From: Nitrososphaeria archaeon | GTDB lineage: Archaea > Thermoproteota > Nitrososphaeria > Nitrososphaerales > JAAOZN01 | Reading direction: 5' to 3' | Assembly (NCBI GenBank): GCA_029775855.1 | Contig: JARVJZ010000004.1 | Span: 64,001 to 128,000, forward strand | Length of the DNA: 64,000 nucleotides | Translations under genes and position numbers: made by a program | In this document: positions 40,223-50,719 of the stretch, in pieces | Position numbering within the stretch: position 1 is the stretch's first letter | Layout: each line of letters begins with the position of its first letter | The notes under the pieces: generated by a model | The model's input: only the letters and a program-made list of their open reading frames with translations | What the model was told of the DNA's origin: nothing | Databases searched by the model: none

Positions 40223-41158
40223 TCAAACCTCCACTCTACTAGGAACTCTAGAAACTATTCTTGTTTTAGATAGAAGCCCTACAAGCCCCTTCGGTCTCAC
40301 CAGCAGCACCAATATGATTATTGCAAAAGGTATTACAGGTTTATAGGTGAACTCGACACCAAAGCTTCTATTCAAAACATCCATAACAAGGTTCTCAGAC
40401 AACCCGACTATGAAGCCTCCAGCTATGGTGCCTGAAAAACTGGTTAATCCGCCGAGAACCACAGCAGCGAAGACCGATAAGAGCGCGAACCAGCCAACAT
40501 AGGGGCTTGCGTAATATAAGATAGCCCAAAGCGCACCAGCAACACCAGCCAACCCACCGGCCAAAAGCCAAGATATGTCTTGAATCTTACCAACATTAAT
40601 ACCAGTAATCTGAGCCAAAGTGATATTATTAGCTACTGAACGCATCATCTTACCAATCTTCGTTCTACTCAAAAGTAGATGTAGGAGAAGAACAAGAATA
40701 AACGCAGTGGGCAAAGACCAGAGGAAAACATTAAGAATCACTGTTGTGCCGATTAGTCCAACAACTTGCTGAGGTATCAGAGGACGCACCTGCAGATACC
40801 CTGTAGGACTAGCCCAAAGCAATATAATGTATCGTAGAACTAAACCTAGGGCAAAAGAAGCCAAAACAAGCGTATACATCGTAGCACCCCGATTAGAGAG
40901 AGGTCTATACACTACACGATGGCAACTAAACGCTACTAAAGCTGTTATAACAAAGGCTAAGATCAACGCAAAAGATATGTCGCTGCTAATTAAGCTTGAC
41001 AAAACAGCCACATAAGCACCTATAGTTATGAGCTCAGCATGCGCAAAGTTAGGCAGCCTAACAACACCAAGAGTAAGAGTTAAACCGAGTGCCATAAGGG
41101 TATATATGCTTCCTATTAAGATTGAACGAAGCACGGAGCCAAGTAGCCAGTCGAACAA
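40223..41158 (-). CDS. livH: LIV-type ABC transporter permease
   Basis: ALGLTLTLG...NFAH, LGGLTS, LVRPKGL. Confidence 0.9.
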   Translation of the reverse strand: MFDWLLGSVLRSILIGSIYTLMALGLTLTLGVVRLPNFAHAELITIGAYVAVLSSLISSDISFALILAFVITALVAFSCHRVVYRPLSNRGATMYTLVLASFALGLVLRYIILLWASPTGYLQVRPLIPQQVVGLIGTTVILNVFLWSLPTAFILVLLLHLLLSRTKIGKMMRSVANNITLAQITGINVGKIQDISWLLAGGLAGVAGALWAILYYASPYVGWFALLSVFAAVVLGGLTSFSGTIAGGFIVGLSENLVMDVLNRSFGVEFTYKPVIPFAIIILVLLVRPKGLVGLLSKTRIVSRVPSRVEV

Positions 41159-41284
41159 CGGATACCAACAGCCTTCTAGTGCGTTGTATATTTTAATATT
41201 GCTTAGAGCTCTCTCATAGAGAATTCATAATTTATATAGATAAAGATATATGCGACTTAACACACACTCATGAAGTGAAGAGTT

Positions 41285-42784
41285 ATGGTGAACAAAAAAA
41301 GATCTGGAGTAAGCACGGGTGTTGCAGCTGGACTTGCGGTGGTTCTTCTCATTATAGGCGTCGTGGGAGGATACTTCGCAGGCTCAGCTGTTCCACCAGT
41401 AACGAGCACCGTAACATCTATAAGAACCTCAACAGTCACTCAACCCACTACAGTCGTATCTACAACAACTGTAGCAGCCGGCACAGTCACTACAACAGTC
41501 ACCGCGGGCACAGCAACAACCACCGTCACACAACCCACAACCATCACACACACTGCAACCGCAACAGTGACAACAACCGCAACAGCAACACAACCACCAA
41601 CTACAATCACAACAACAGTAACAGCACCAGCTGCAGCGAGAACCTATGTAATAGGTGTACCATTACCTTTCAGCGGCCCGCTAGCGAGCTATGGGAAATC
41701 ATTTGCAGACGCTATAGCGATGGCAGTAGATGAGATCAACGCAATGCTGCAGAGTGCAGGCTCAGCTACAAGATTTGAGGTAGCGACAGCAGACACGGAA
41801 ACAACAGCAGCTGGCGCGTTAAAGGCGATGCAGAACCTCTATCAGACAAAAGCTATACAGGTATCTGTAGGTCCTCTTACTACAAGTGAAGTAATGGGTG
41901 TCAAGCAGTTTGTCGACCAAAACAAGATTGTTGTAATAGCGCCAGCGTCAACAGGCCTTGCGGCAGCAATACCTGATGACTACATCTTTAGAGTCGTAGA
42001 TCCTCCTGACAACTTCCAAGGCGCAGCGCTAGCGCAATATGTCAAGTCAAGAGGTATAACAAATGTTATAGTAGCCTACCGAGATGACACATTTGGACAA
42101 GGGATGTGGAACATATTTACAAAGCGCTTCACAGCTTTAGGCGGCAAGACAACACCCCTTAAATTCGCACCAGACCAACCCGACTACTCGAGTGAAGTGG
42201 CCAAGCTAACAACACTCGTAGCAGAAGCTAAAGCCTCAGGCCCTACGGGTGTTTTATGGGTCGCATGGGAAGGCGAAGCCCTTAAATGGTTACCTCTACT
42301 ACAAGGCAACCCTGTTCTAAGTTCGGTAGAATGGTTCGGAATCGACAACTTAAAGTCACCCAACCTACTACCACCAAAGGTTTCAAATGAGATAGGTGAC
42401 TTCCTTGTGAAGACGAAGTTTACCGTCACATCATTCTATACACCTGGAAACCCACTAACACCATCCTTCAAAGAAAACTTCGTCAAGAAGTATGGCAGAG
42501 AACCTCTACCTTACTCTGATGGAGCATATGACGCAGCATACATAGCAGCTTGGTCCATATTGATTGCAGGTAAATACGACGGAGAGGCGATAAAGAAGGT
42601 GGTCCCAACTGTAGCAAGCCGCTTCATAGGAGTTACCGTTCAGACATACTTAGATGAGAACGGTGATCAGGCTATCGCCTACTTTGGACTATATAGGCCA
42701 GAGGTTGTTCAAGGAGCCTATTCCTGGGTGGGTGTGGGTTACTACGACGGCTCAACCGATAAGGTGGTAATCGAAAAGCCTTAG
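41285..42784 (+). CDS. LIV-type substrate-binding protein with class III-like signal peptide and Thr-rich linker
   Basis: KKRSG|VS plus hydrophobic helix; long Thr-rich stalk; PFSGPLASYG, YDAA, LDENGD. Confidence 0.9.
   Translation: MVNKKRSGVSTGVAAGLAVVLLIIGVVGGYFAGSAVPPVTSTVTSIRTSTVTQPTTVVSTTTVAAGTVTTTVTAGTATTTVTQPTTITHTATATVTTTATATQPPTTITTTVTAPAAARTYVIGVPLPFSGPLASYGKSFADAIAMAVDEINAMLQSAGSATRFEVATADTETTAAGALKAMQNLYQTKAIQVSVGPLTTSEVMGVKQFVDQNKIVVIAPASTGLAAAIPDDYIFRVVDPPDNFQGAALAQYVKSRGITNVIVAYRDDTFGQGMWNIFTKRFTALGGKTTPLKFAPDQPDYSSEVAKLTTLVAEAKASGPTGVLWVAWEGEALKWLPLLQGNPVLSSVEWFGIDNLKSPNLLPPKVSNEIGDFLVKTKFTVTSFYTPGNPLTPSFKENFVKKYGREPLPYSDGAYDAAYIAAWSILIAGKYDGEAIKKVVPTVASRFIGVTVQTYLDENGDQAIAYFGLYRPEVVQGAYSWVGVGYYDGSTDKVVIEKP
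41400..41625 (+). repeat. Low-complexity ACN-codon tract encoding imperfect T(V/A)TQP(T/P)T repeats
   Basis: TVTQPTT twice and TATQPPTT in the binding-protein linker. Confidence 0.75.
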
Positions 42785-42787
42785 TTA

Positions 42788-42820
42788 TGGTGGTTTCTCC
42801 CACCACATCTTATTTTTATT
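42788..42820 (+). terminator. Hairpin plus T-rich tract after the binding-protein gene
   Basis: TGGTGG-TTTCTC-CCACCA followed by CATCTTATTTTTATT. Confidence 0.55.
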
Positions 42821-43011
42821 AGCTTATATATCAAAATTTTGGAGGAATCGCAAAAATTAGCAGACGAATTATATATCACCGAATACTACAAAACAAATCT
42901 ATCAAGAATTATTGAGGTTTTTGGTAATTAAATTAATTCTTCAAGTCAAATTCTCAGATATGTATCGAAAATTTTTAAAGAGACTTTAGGTGCAGTTATA
43001 CACGATGGGAA

Positions 43012-44196
43012 TTGAATAAGTGGATCTATCCGCCAATCGGCTTCGTCATAAACATAGCCTTAGGCACCATTTACAGCTGGAGCGTATTTAGAGTACCTTT
43101 AGAAAAAATCTTTAGCTGGTCAAGTGTTGAGTCGAGCTTACCTTTTACCGTCTTTCTGGCTTTATTTGGGCTTACTATGCCTTTTGGTGGAAGAGCGATG
43201 TCCACTATTGGTCCAAGGAAGACCGCGCTCTTAGGTTCGATCTTGGTTGGTTTAGGTTGGGTGCTTGCTGGGTTTGCTGGTCAGGTTTCTTGGCCTCTCC
43301 CATACATGCTCATTGCTTACGGTGTGGTTGGCGGTATCGGCGTTGGCTTAGTCTACGGTGTTCCTATAGCTGTGTCGAGTAGATGGATACCTGAGCGTAA
43401 GGGGTTAGCCACAGGCATCACAATACTAGGCTTCGGTCTCTCTCCGCTAATCACAGCAGTAACATCAGCAGCCATGATTCAACTCTATGGTGTCCTTCAA
43501 ACCTTCCTCTACCTAGGAGTAATATTCGCCGTAATCTTGATCCTACTCTCTCTACCGCTTAAATTCCCACCAGCACAGACACCATCAACAACTACAGCTT
43601 CAGCTGCTAAAGGCATAGACATACAGCCTAGACAAATGGTTAAGACTAGACTATTCGCGGGACTCTGGCTCTCATATGTGCTTGGAACCACAGGAGGCTT
43701 TATAGCGATCTCTTTAGCGGCAAAATATGGGCAAGAGGTCTTAAAGCTCGAGCCAGCTATAGCAGCTGTTGCCACAGCCGTCTTCGCCATCTTCAACGGT
43801 GTTGGCAGACCATCTTTTGGATATCTATGCGACAAGATAGGCCCATATAATTCTGCTTGGATCTCCTTCATAATCATCCTCGCATCAGCCCTAGTCGCTA
43901 GCAGCGGCGCCACGCTACCCATTTACTTCGCAACCTTTGCACTACTCTGGTTCACATTCGGAGGCTGGCTAGCTATCGCCCCAGCTGCTACATCAACATA
44001 CTTCGGTGTTAAGAACATAGGTGCGAACTACGGCATCGTCTTCACAGCTTATGGTGTTGGTGCTATAGTTGGTCCCCAAGTTGCTTCATACCTCTACACA
44101 ACAACAGGCTCATACATCCTAGTCTTCACAACGACAGCTGTGCTCGCGGTTATTGGGTTAATTGTGGCGCTAACTACTTTAAAGCGTGGCAGCTAA
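43012..44196 (+). CDS. MFS transporter, oxalate/formate antiporter (OFA) family
   Basis: LGTIYSWSVF, WIPERKGLATG, FNGVGR, YFGVKNIGANYG. Confidence 0.9.
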   Translation: MNKWIYPPIGFVINIALGTIYSWSVFRVPLEKIFSWSSVESSLPFTVFLALFGLTMPFGGRAMSTIGPRKTALLGSILVGLGWVLAGFAGQVSWPLPYMLIAYGVVGGIGVGLVYGVPIAVSSRWIPERKGLATGITILGFGLSPLITAVTSAAMIQLYGVLQTFLYLGVIFAVILILLSLPLKFPPAQTPSTTTASAAKGIDIQPRQMVKTRLFAGLWLSYVLGTTGGFIAISLAAKYGQEVLKLEPAIAAVATAVFAIFNGVGRPSFGYLCDKIGPYNSAWISFIIILASALVASSGATLPIYFATFALLWFTFGGWLAIAPAATSTYFGVKNIGANYGIVFTAYGVGAIVGPQVASYLYTTTGSYILVFTTTAVLAVIGLIVALTTLKRGS

Positions 44197-44201
44197 GCAG
44201 C

Positions 44202-44603
44202 CTACAACATAATAGTTTTGTTTATGTAATGCTCAACAAGGTAGAGGGTGTGCTGATTTCTAGGTGAGCCTTCAACTCTAAGCTTAAAATCATCATACAC
44301 CTTGAGGATTGCTTCTTCAGACTGTGAGCATCGGTGTGTCAGAGCTCCTCCGGCTTGGACTTGGGTTAAAGACCACTCTATTTTATCTTGGTCTCTGCAT
44401 ATTAGAATCGCCCATCTGAAGCCTCTTTTAGCTTCTGTGAAGCCCAATTCTCTCGGCGCTTCAGTTTCACCCCAGCGTTTCTCCTCGCAGAAGATCTCCT
44501 TACATAGGTTGCACATCCAAACATCAACAGCACCTATAGCCCTTCTGCTATGCATAAGGTTGACTGCCCCCATATAGAGCACTTCATGCTTACAGTTCGT
44601 CAT
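44202..44603 (-). CDS. Hypothetical protein with Cys/His motifs
   Basis: 133-aa ORF, CKH...CNLC; follows trmB on the same strand. Confidence 0.6.
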   Translation of the reverse strand: MTNCKHEVLYMGAVNLMHSRRAIGAVDVWMCNLCKEIFCEEKRWGETEAPRELGFTEAKRGFRWAILICRDQDKIEWSLTQVQAGGALTHRCSQSEEAILKVYDDFKLRVEGSPRNQHTLYLVEHYINKTIML

Positions 44604-44612
44604 ATAGCCACC

Positions 44613-45392
44613 TTACCTAACATGCTCTTCTAGTGTAGTTGAGTCTGACCACAGGTAGTCGAAGTAGTTTTTCGCGAACTTCGCTAATCCGCTGTGATCT
44701 GACCATATGGCTAAATGTGACTCATTCTCTCCGCTTGCTCCAAGTATAAGTATAACTTGAGTAGCATCAGCTATTACTCCACCGCCAAACATCTGATCTC
44801 TTACTCTCACTTCGCCTAGTTTCGCCAAGGTTTGTAATATGTTTTGGCTTATGTTTGATGATAGAAGCACACGTACCTTAACATTTGAACCAAGCCTTGC
44901 AAATGTTGGTGTGATTAGGTTGGCTAATTTTGGTGATATGGATGGTATGGCTATGTTGAGCTCCTTTCTACAGGAGGATATGGTTTCTTTAACTTTACTT
45001 AGAATGTTATATTCTCCTCTTATGATCCAGATTTCAGGCCTCTCTCTTACATCCCTCTTCTCATATATTGGTGTGAGCTCCTCTATAACTCTACTTTCGT
45101 TTTCAGCCATCTCCTTCTCCAACCTCATCTTAGTAATCTCGACGCAGGTCGCGGGCGGCTTGGGGTAGAATCTACTCGGCCTAGAGCGCTCCACCTCAAC
45201 CCAACCCTTCTCCTCCAAGCTGTTCAGAACCTCGTAGATCTTCGAATATGGCACACCAGAGTTCCTGCTAAGGTCTGATGCTGTCTGCTCACCGTATTCA
45301 ATCAAAGTTGTGTAGGCCTTTATCTCATACTCAGTCAACCCAAGACCCTCCAACGCTTTTCGAGCACGCTCACTAATAGGCAGCAGAACCAC
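44613..45392 (-). CDS. TrmB-family transcriptional regulator
   Basis: LGLTEYEIKAY, SGVPYSKIYEVLNSLEEKGWV; C-terminal FDYLW. Confidence 0.93.
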   Translation of the reverse strand: MVLLPISERARKALEGLGLTEYEIKAYTTLIEYGEQTASDLSRNSGVPYSKIYEVLNSLEEKGWVEVERSRPSRFYPKPPATCVEITKMRLEKEMAENESRVIEELTPIYEKRDVRERPEIWIIRGEYNILSKVKETISSCRKELNIAIPSISPKLANLITPTFARLGSNVKVRVLLSSNISQNILQTLAKLGEVRVRDQMFGGGVIADATQVILILGASGENESHLAIWSDHSGLAKFAKNYFDYLWSDSTTLEEHVR

Positions 45393-45479
45393 CTTCTACT
45401 ATTACGTATCCTTGCAACCCTTATTAACCTTCTACCCAAAGATAAATGGTATCTAAGATTCTATGCTGAGTGATTAGGC

Positions 45480-46574
45480 TTAGAATAGAGATTGAGTAAC
45501 AGTCCTAGCTATCCTTGCTATTTGATAACGTTGCTTATCACCAGGCTCTTTGGAAGTTGCTAAGGATGCTTCAAGCCTCGAAGCTCTAAGCATTAACTCT
45601 AACTTTTCAGATTCACGACCTTCTTGGATAGCTAGATATAGTAGTTTAACAAATTCTATTGCGTCATCAGCTTCGGTGCGTCTGATCTGTGTAGCTTTGC
45701 TTAGAGCAGCTCTTAATAATCTCTCCACAGAGTCTTCTTTATCTTTAAGTTTAGATAACGCTTTACCGCATCTAAGCCAGAGATCGGTCAAGTGAACCGT
45801 GACCGCTGAGATGGGCTTCATAGACTGACCAGGCTCTTCCACATCTATTACGAGTAGGTCTTCTGCTGAAGATGGTGGAAGCTTTAAGGCAAACCAGAGT
45901 ATCAGAGCCTCCTCTGGATTTAATCCTGGGATGGATGATACGTGGTCTCTGAGGTTAATGTATAGATCGTATTTTGAAACCTTTAGGTTAATAGGGAAGA
46001 TTAATGTAGTGAGCAATGAGCGAGCAATTCTTCTAGCCATATGTCTAGCTGCTAAGTATCCCGCTATGCAAATCATTGTTTGATGTATGTTAAGCTTAAA
46101 ATCAAATTTGTATTTGCTGTCGAAGAATGGTGCTCTAGTCAGAGCGTACAGATCTAGCAGAAAGACTTGGAATGGGATGAAATCTCCGTCTTCCCTAAAT
46201 GGGAATAAAGATTGAAAAATCTGCTGATGATATGAATTTAGGCTTTTTGAGTATTTCTCTAACGCTTCTAAGATAGACGCATTTGGTGGTAGAGATAAAG
46301 ATTTAAGTAAATTCGGCAAAAGTTTCTTTCTTTCGTTGTTTGTCACTGGGAATTCGCTACGAAAGCCTTTCTGATTATAGTTTTGGGATAATTCTATGGC
46401 TTTTTTAAATGCATCTTGCAAAACTGGTCTTATGTCCGGGCCTACAGCTTCCAGCTCCACACCACGGTCTATAAATGTTAATCGAGCTGCATCATAATCA
46501 ATTAACTTAAGGAATGCGAAGTAAAGGTGTCTCAGATAGGGTAAGCTGGGGAGACCTAATTTAATCTTCTTCAA
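45480..46574 (-). CDS. cas8a: Type I-A Cascade large subunit (Cas8a2-like)
   Basis: Position after cas3-HD in the csa5-cas7-cas5-cas3-cas3HD operon, and size; sequence is divergent. Confidence 0.65.
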   Translation of the reverse strand: MKKIKLGLPSLPYLRHLYFAFLKLIDYDAARLTFIDRGVELEAVGPDIRPVLQDAFKKAIELSQNYNQKGFRSEFPVTNNERKKLLPNLLKSLSLPPNASILEALEKYSKSLNSYHQQIFQSLFPFREDGDFIPFQVFLLDLYALTRAPFFDSKYKFDFKLNIHQTMICIAGYLAARHMARRIARSLLTTLIFPINLKVSKYDLYINLRDHVSSIPGLNPEEALILWFALKLPPSSAEDLLVIDVEEPGQSMKPISAVTVHLTDLWLRCGKALSKLKDKEDSVERLLRAALSKATQIRRTEADDAIEFVKLLYLAIQEGRESEKLELMLRASRLEASLATSKEPGDKQRYQIARIARTVTQSLF

Positions 46575-47241
46575 GGCTTATCAACTCTTCCACAAACCAT
46601 CGCCTATCAGCTGCTAAATCACCGCCTCTAGCTTTGTAAGCATCTAGGTTATCGCCAACAGAGAGTGGTGTAAGAAGCAACATGTAGAGTTTAAGCCCTT
46701 CCGCCTCCTTATTATTCTTAGAAATTTTATCGTTGATAGCGCAGCGCAGCGTCTCAAAATCACTATATGAAACGCAAATATCTACAGTAAGGTTAAAGTG
46801 TTTACAGATGAACTCCTTGACAGCATCACCATACATGTTGAAGCGCCAGGTTGTGATGAGTTTTGTAGGCGTTTGGCTCAGCCAGTCTCTAATAGCGCAC
46901 ATATGTTGAAGTACTACCATAAACACGATATCTTTGACCGCTGCTAGACGCAAAGCCTCACATATTCTAGAACTTATGACTGCAGATGGAATTTCGTGGA
47001 GATGGAAACTTAAGGGCAAATAGTTCTTTTGGTATCTATCATCAGCCTTTCCAATATCGTGTAGTAGGGATGAGATTCTTACAGCCTCTTCTAACATTTC
47101 ATGATCTATCTCTAACCCATATTTCTTAAATCGCTTGCAAACAACATCTTTGCCCATCTTATCCAAGGTACGTGAAGCTATCTTTTCAGTATTTTCTAGA
47201 TGCTCAAAGAGGTTATGATTAGGGTATGCATATGGAGCCAT
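46561..47241 (-). CDS. cas3HD: Cas3 HD nuclease (Cas3'')
   Basis: LFEHL, LHDIGKA, HEIPS, LQHM, GDNLDA. Confidence 0.9.
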   Translation of the reverse strand: MAPYAYPNHNLFEHLENTEKIASRTLDKMGKDVVCKRFKKYGLEIDHEMLEEAVRISSLLHDIGKADDRYQKNYLPLSFHLHEIPSAVISSRICEALRLAAVKDIVFMVVLQHMCAIRDWLSQTPTKLITTWRFNMYGDAVKEFICKHFNLTVDICVSYSDFETLRCAINDKISKNNKEAEGLKLYMLLLTPLSVGDNLDAYKARGGDLAADRRWFVEELISLEED

Positions 47242-47242
47242 T

Positions 47243-48835
47243 TTAATTCAACCCTATCAAACTATCGTATGTGTTTGCGTCTATAACTACTCCTCTGTAT
47301 CCTTCTCTCAGTAGATATAGTGCTACTGAGGGCTTCATCATATAAATGGGCATATAATCGGTTTCTCCACTCTTAATATTCTTGAGAACCTTAAGCTTGC
47401 CACTTGTAGAAAGCTTTAAAACCTCTTTCTCACTTAGTGGAACTGCTTCTTTAGGGTTGTAAAAATCTTCCTTGTAGCCACTGATTATACCAGCTGAGTT
47501 TGTGAAACCCTGAAAGTATAGATAAGCATTCTTGGCGTCGATTAAACCAAATATTGGGCGAGAATCAATATTCTTAAGCGCGTCAAACATTTTTTGAGAA
47601 ACCCGAAGAGTACCGACACTGCTAAAAACTCGCTCTATTAACTCCTTACTCTTTACGTAAGTGAGATTATCGCCTTCCTTAAGGTAATTCCACGTTATAT
47701 CGACTAATTCTTTGTCATATGGGTGGTTATCGTCTAGTTTTAGAACCCATATCTCACCTTGGTCTTTATTCCTAGCTACCCTTCCCGCTCTTTGCACTAG
47801 TCTATCGGCTGGGCAGCATTCAGTAATCATCACATCGAAGTTTACATCAACACCAGCTTCTATTACTTGGGTCGCCACTACAAAATAGCTGCTTCTACTC
47901 CTAATATCAGTTAAAAACGACCGTCTTGACTCCGGAAGACGGCCATGCGCCAGAATCAAATCCTCGCGTATGGAATCCTCTTGCTTCAACCTCCTATAAC
48001 ACTCTACAGCTTTATCTACAGTATTAAATATCAACGCAACCTTTAACCCTCTAAACTTCAGCAAGTCTAAGTCGCTCAACGCAGTTAGCCGGTGAATTAA
48101 TCTTTGCTTCCTATTGATCTTCTCGTCAAAGCGTTGATCTTCACCAGGCGTATAAACAATCTTCTCTACACTGAAGTTATATTGGCTCAACTTATTCTCA
48201 ATCAAATCTAATATTGGTTTAGGAAGCGTAGCAGTCATTACGACAACTGAAATACCCGCCTTCAGCATGGATATTATAGCCGCCAAGACAGCGGTGATGC
48301 TCTTCATCTCTTCAGAAACAGACCCTAGACCGCTCAATAGATGAAATTCGTCAAGAACCACAATCGAAGTATAGATCATGGCTCTAGGATGCTCAAAATG
48401 TGCAACATTCCTATCAAAAGCTTTAGCAAGCTCGTAAGCAGGCAGCTTAAAAAAGTTCAAGATGAAGCTATCCAGCGTCGTAACTATACATCTTTTAAAA
48501 AATAGTGGCGAACCTGGGGTAAGCATATACTGTGCAGCAACATTCTTAGTTGCGCTAGCACCTAAGACATTTCCAACACATTCTCTTACCCTCATATATA
48601 GGTCATCTATGATACTCCTCATAGGTAATACGTGTATAACCCTGCTGAAGTATGGGTTACCTTCGATAGCTAATCTGGCTAAAACCGTTGTTGCTGTGGA
48701 CTTTCCATAGCCAGCTGGGAGATCCAGTATATACAACTTGGGTTCGTCGAGTTGTTCAAGGTTTAAAGCAAGTTCCTTAAAGAATTTGCTTAAGTAAAAT
48801 CTGTCTTCAAAACCTAACTTTTTAGTAGTCTCCAA
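47243..48835 (-). CDS. cas3: Cas3 helicase (Cas3')
   Basis: LPAGYGKST, LDEFH, MTATLP, TQVIEAGVD, QRAGRVAR. Confidence 0.95.
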   Translation of the reverse strand: METTKKLGFEDRFYLSKFFKELALNLEQLDEPKLYILDLPAGYGKSTATTVLARLAIEGNPYFSRVIHVLPMRSIIDDLYMRVRECVGNVLGASATKNVAAQYMLTPGSPLFFKRCIVTTLDSFILNFFKLPAYELAKAFDRNVAHFEHPRAMIYTSIVVLDEFHLLSGLGSVSEEMKSITAVLAAIISMLKAGISVVVMTATLPKPILDLIENKLSQYNFSVEKIVYTPGEDQRFDEKINRKQRLIHRLTALSDLDLLKFRGLKVALIFNTVDKAVECYRRLKQEDSIREDLILAHGRLPESRRSFLTDIRSRSSYFVVATQVIEAGVDVNFDVMITECCPADRLVQRAGRVARNKDQGEIWVLKLDDNHPYDKELVDITWNYLKEGDNLTYVKSKELIERVFSSVGTLRVSQKMFDALKNIDSRPIFGLIDAKNAYLYFQGFTNSAGIISGYKEDFYNPKEAVPLSEKEVLKLSTSGKLKVLKNIKSGETDYMPIYMMKPSVALYLLREGYRGVVIDANTYDSLIGLN

Positions 48836-48849
48836 GTAGGTTTCGAATA

Positions 48850-49701
48850 TCAGAAACAGAGCACCTCCTCATCCCTTAACATTATAACATACCCATCAAC
48901 TATCTTAAAGTTCGTAGGCTTAGTCGATATTGGCACCCTAGTTCCAGGTATTATATAGTCTTCGAATATCAGTTTATCTTTTCTTGACCAACCACCCCTC
49001 CAAAACTTCTCAATATAGAATTCTCTTGGCTCACTGCTTGCTTCTGCAAGCTTATATGGGAAGTAGCATTTGGTTCTAACCTCTAGAGGTGGTTTCAGTA
49101 CATTTAGATTAGGTAGTATTTCTGCTCTGCTTACGCTGACGATAGATTCCTTACTACCCACCCTAGTTATATTCGAAGCTGCTTTTAGAAAGCATTCTTC
49201 AGGGTTATCTACAAGTAATTTTCTTGCTTCATTAAGATCTATGATGTAGCAAGCTGTGCCCCTGCCGTTAGGCATTGAAACCTTACCTACACGCAACGCA
49301 CCCATTCGATATTGCGGGAGATACCTTCTTTTACCCAGAAGAGTACCTGTTTTCTCATCTTTTTCTGGAACTAATTGATGATAGTGGAGCGTTATATATT
49401 TATTTGTATCTTCGTAGGTGAAACCTGCTTGTTTCTCATTAAAGTAAAACGAAACTGCGGGTATGGCGCTATCAAGAATTGCCGCAGCGCTGCTAACACC
49501 TAAATCTGTTTTTACGACTTCACCTTTAACCCCATTTAATAAGCCAAAATGTATTAACGGCTCGGCTAAAGCGCCTATGAGTGTTGTAGGTGGCGGAATG
49601 GTGAGCGTCTCCTGGTATCTACTTGTAAACGGAGCCCTTACCCAGAAGCCCCAATGAAATGTGAGCTCAACCCGTAAACCTAAGAGTTGGCGGGTAGCCA
49701 A
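48850..49701 (-). CDS. cas5: Type I-A Cas5
   Basis: FHWGFWVR...IPPPTTLIGAL, RVGSKES. Confidence 0.9.
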   Translation of the reverse strand: MATRQLLGLRVELTFHWGFWVRAPFTSRYQETLTIPPPTTLIGALAEPLIHFGLLNGVKGEVVKTDLGVSSAAAILDSAIPAVSFYFNEKQAGFTYEDTNKYITLHYHQLVPEKDEKTGTLLGKRRYLPQYRMGALRVGKVSMPNGRGTACYIIDLNEARKLLVDNPEECFLKAASNITRVGSKESIVSVSRAEILPNLNVLKPPLEVRTKCYFPYKLAEASSEPREFYIEKFWRGGWSRKDKLIFEDYIIPGTRVPISTKPTNFKIVDGYVIMLRDEEVLCF

Positions 49702-49714
49702 TGCAGACTCTTGC

Positions 49715-50719
49715 TCAACTCTGCGCGAGACTTACTAGTTCTTTCAGAACTTCTTCAACAGAATTGAAAATAGGTATTTGGAGACCTTTCGCAGCACCTT
49801 CCTTGTCAAATGCCAGTATAGTCGCACTGCATTGTTCTTTACTCAACCTATTGATTGTGTTAATTAAAGCATCTTTTCTCTCTACAGTTGTTGGAATATA
49901 GTCTTTGCCGTTTCCAGGGGAGACGATGAACTTTAAACCTTTTGAATAGCTGGCTACAAGAGAAACCGGCTGCATATTCGGTAGAAATCTTGAACGCTTA
50001 GCGCCGAAAGAGAGGTAGCTAAATAACTTCACAACCGCGGATAAAGCGCCATTTATCCTTTCTACCCTAGAGCTACTCAACCGATCTTCATTATTCTTAT
50101 CGACATCACCAAACTGCGTTGATGGCACACCTATCCTTGATAAATCGATGTTAAATGTGAAGGTATAGAGAGCACTTCCCACTTCAACATTATAAGGCAT
50201 CTGAAGATTTTTGCTAGACGGTGCGAACCTGACATGGAACTGGCTCTCCAGCGCAGCAACTTCTTCCTCATTGATTGCTGGTATAGCGTAGCCTACTTGA
50301 AAACAAGAAGTTCGTTTAACTGGTATGTTACCTGCGTAGAGAAAGCCTCCAACATCTGCCACATAATCACTTAAAAGAATAGCAACTTCCGTCTTTCTAA
50401 TTTCATCCTCCTTTACAGGGGGAGAGAGCCCTTCCTCTTTTAGTATTTGATCATCGCTAAATTTAAGGAACTCAAACCTTCTGGAGTAGCTGCTTATAGG
50501 TAGGTCTCTTTGAATTGCTTCTTCAACCAATAACTCTTGATAAGCATGGGCTATCGACTCACCAGATAATACAGGAAGAAACCTTACGGTATAGCCATCC
50601 TTTGTTGGGATAACGATAGGTGCTGTCCTGTGGCGCGCCAAGTTTCCTACAGTCTCTACTCCACTTAGGCTTTCAAGATTTAGTAGAGCCCTCAAAGCTA
50701 TGCTTATGAAAGCCATCAT
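49715..50719 (-). CDS. cas7: Type I-A Cas7 (Csa2)
   Basis: NLESLSGVETVGNLARHR, SGESIAHAYQ, DVGGFL, VKRTS, EVGSALY, GAKRSRFLP. Confidence 0.95.
   Translation of the reverse strand: MMAFISIALRALLNLESLSGVETVGNLARHRTAPIVIPTKDGYTVRFLPVLSGESIAHAYQELLVEEAIQRDLPISSYSRRFEFLKFSDDQILKEEGLSPPVKEDEIRKTEVAILLSDYVADVGGFLYAGNIPVKRTSCFQVGYAIPAINEEEVAALESQFHVRFAPSSKNLQMPYNVEVGSALYTFTFNIDLSRIGVPSTQFGDVDKNNEDRLSSSRVERINGALSAVVKLFSYLSFGAKRSRFLPNMQPVSLVASYSKGLKFIVSPGNGKDYIPTTVERKDALINTINRLSKEQCSATILAFDKEGAAKGLQIPIFNSVEEVLKELVSLAQS

Noticed and set aside
41400-41625. Repetitive ACA/ACC tract as a CRISPR or satellite array; overlapping 152-aa ORF 41275..41733
   Set aside because: Explained by the Thr-rich linker of the binding protein; the alternative ORF is a shadow frame
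45393-45479. Possible CRISPR mini-array downstream of cas8a
   Set aside because: Only a short ACCTTCTAC duplication; no repeat-spacer-repeat periodicity; the region reads as the trmB promoter
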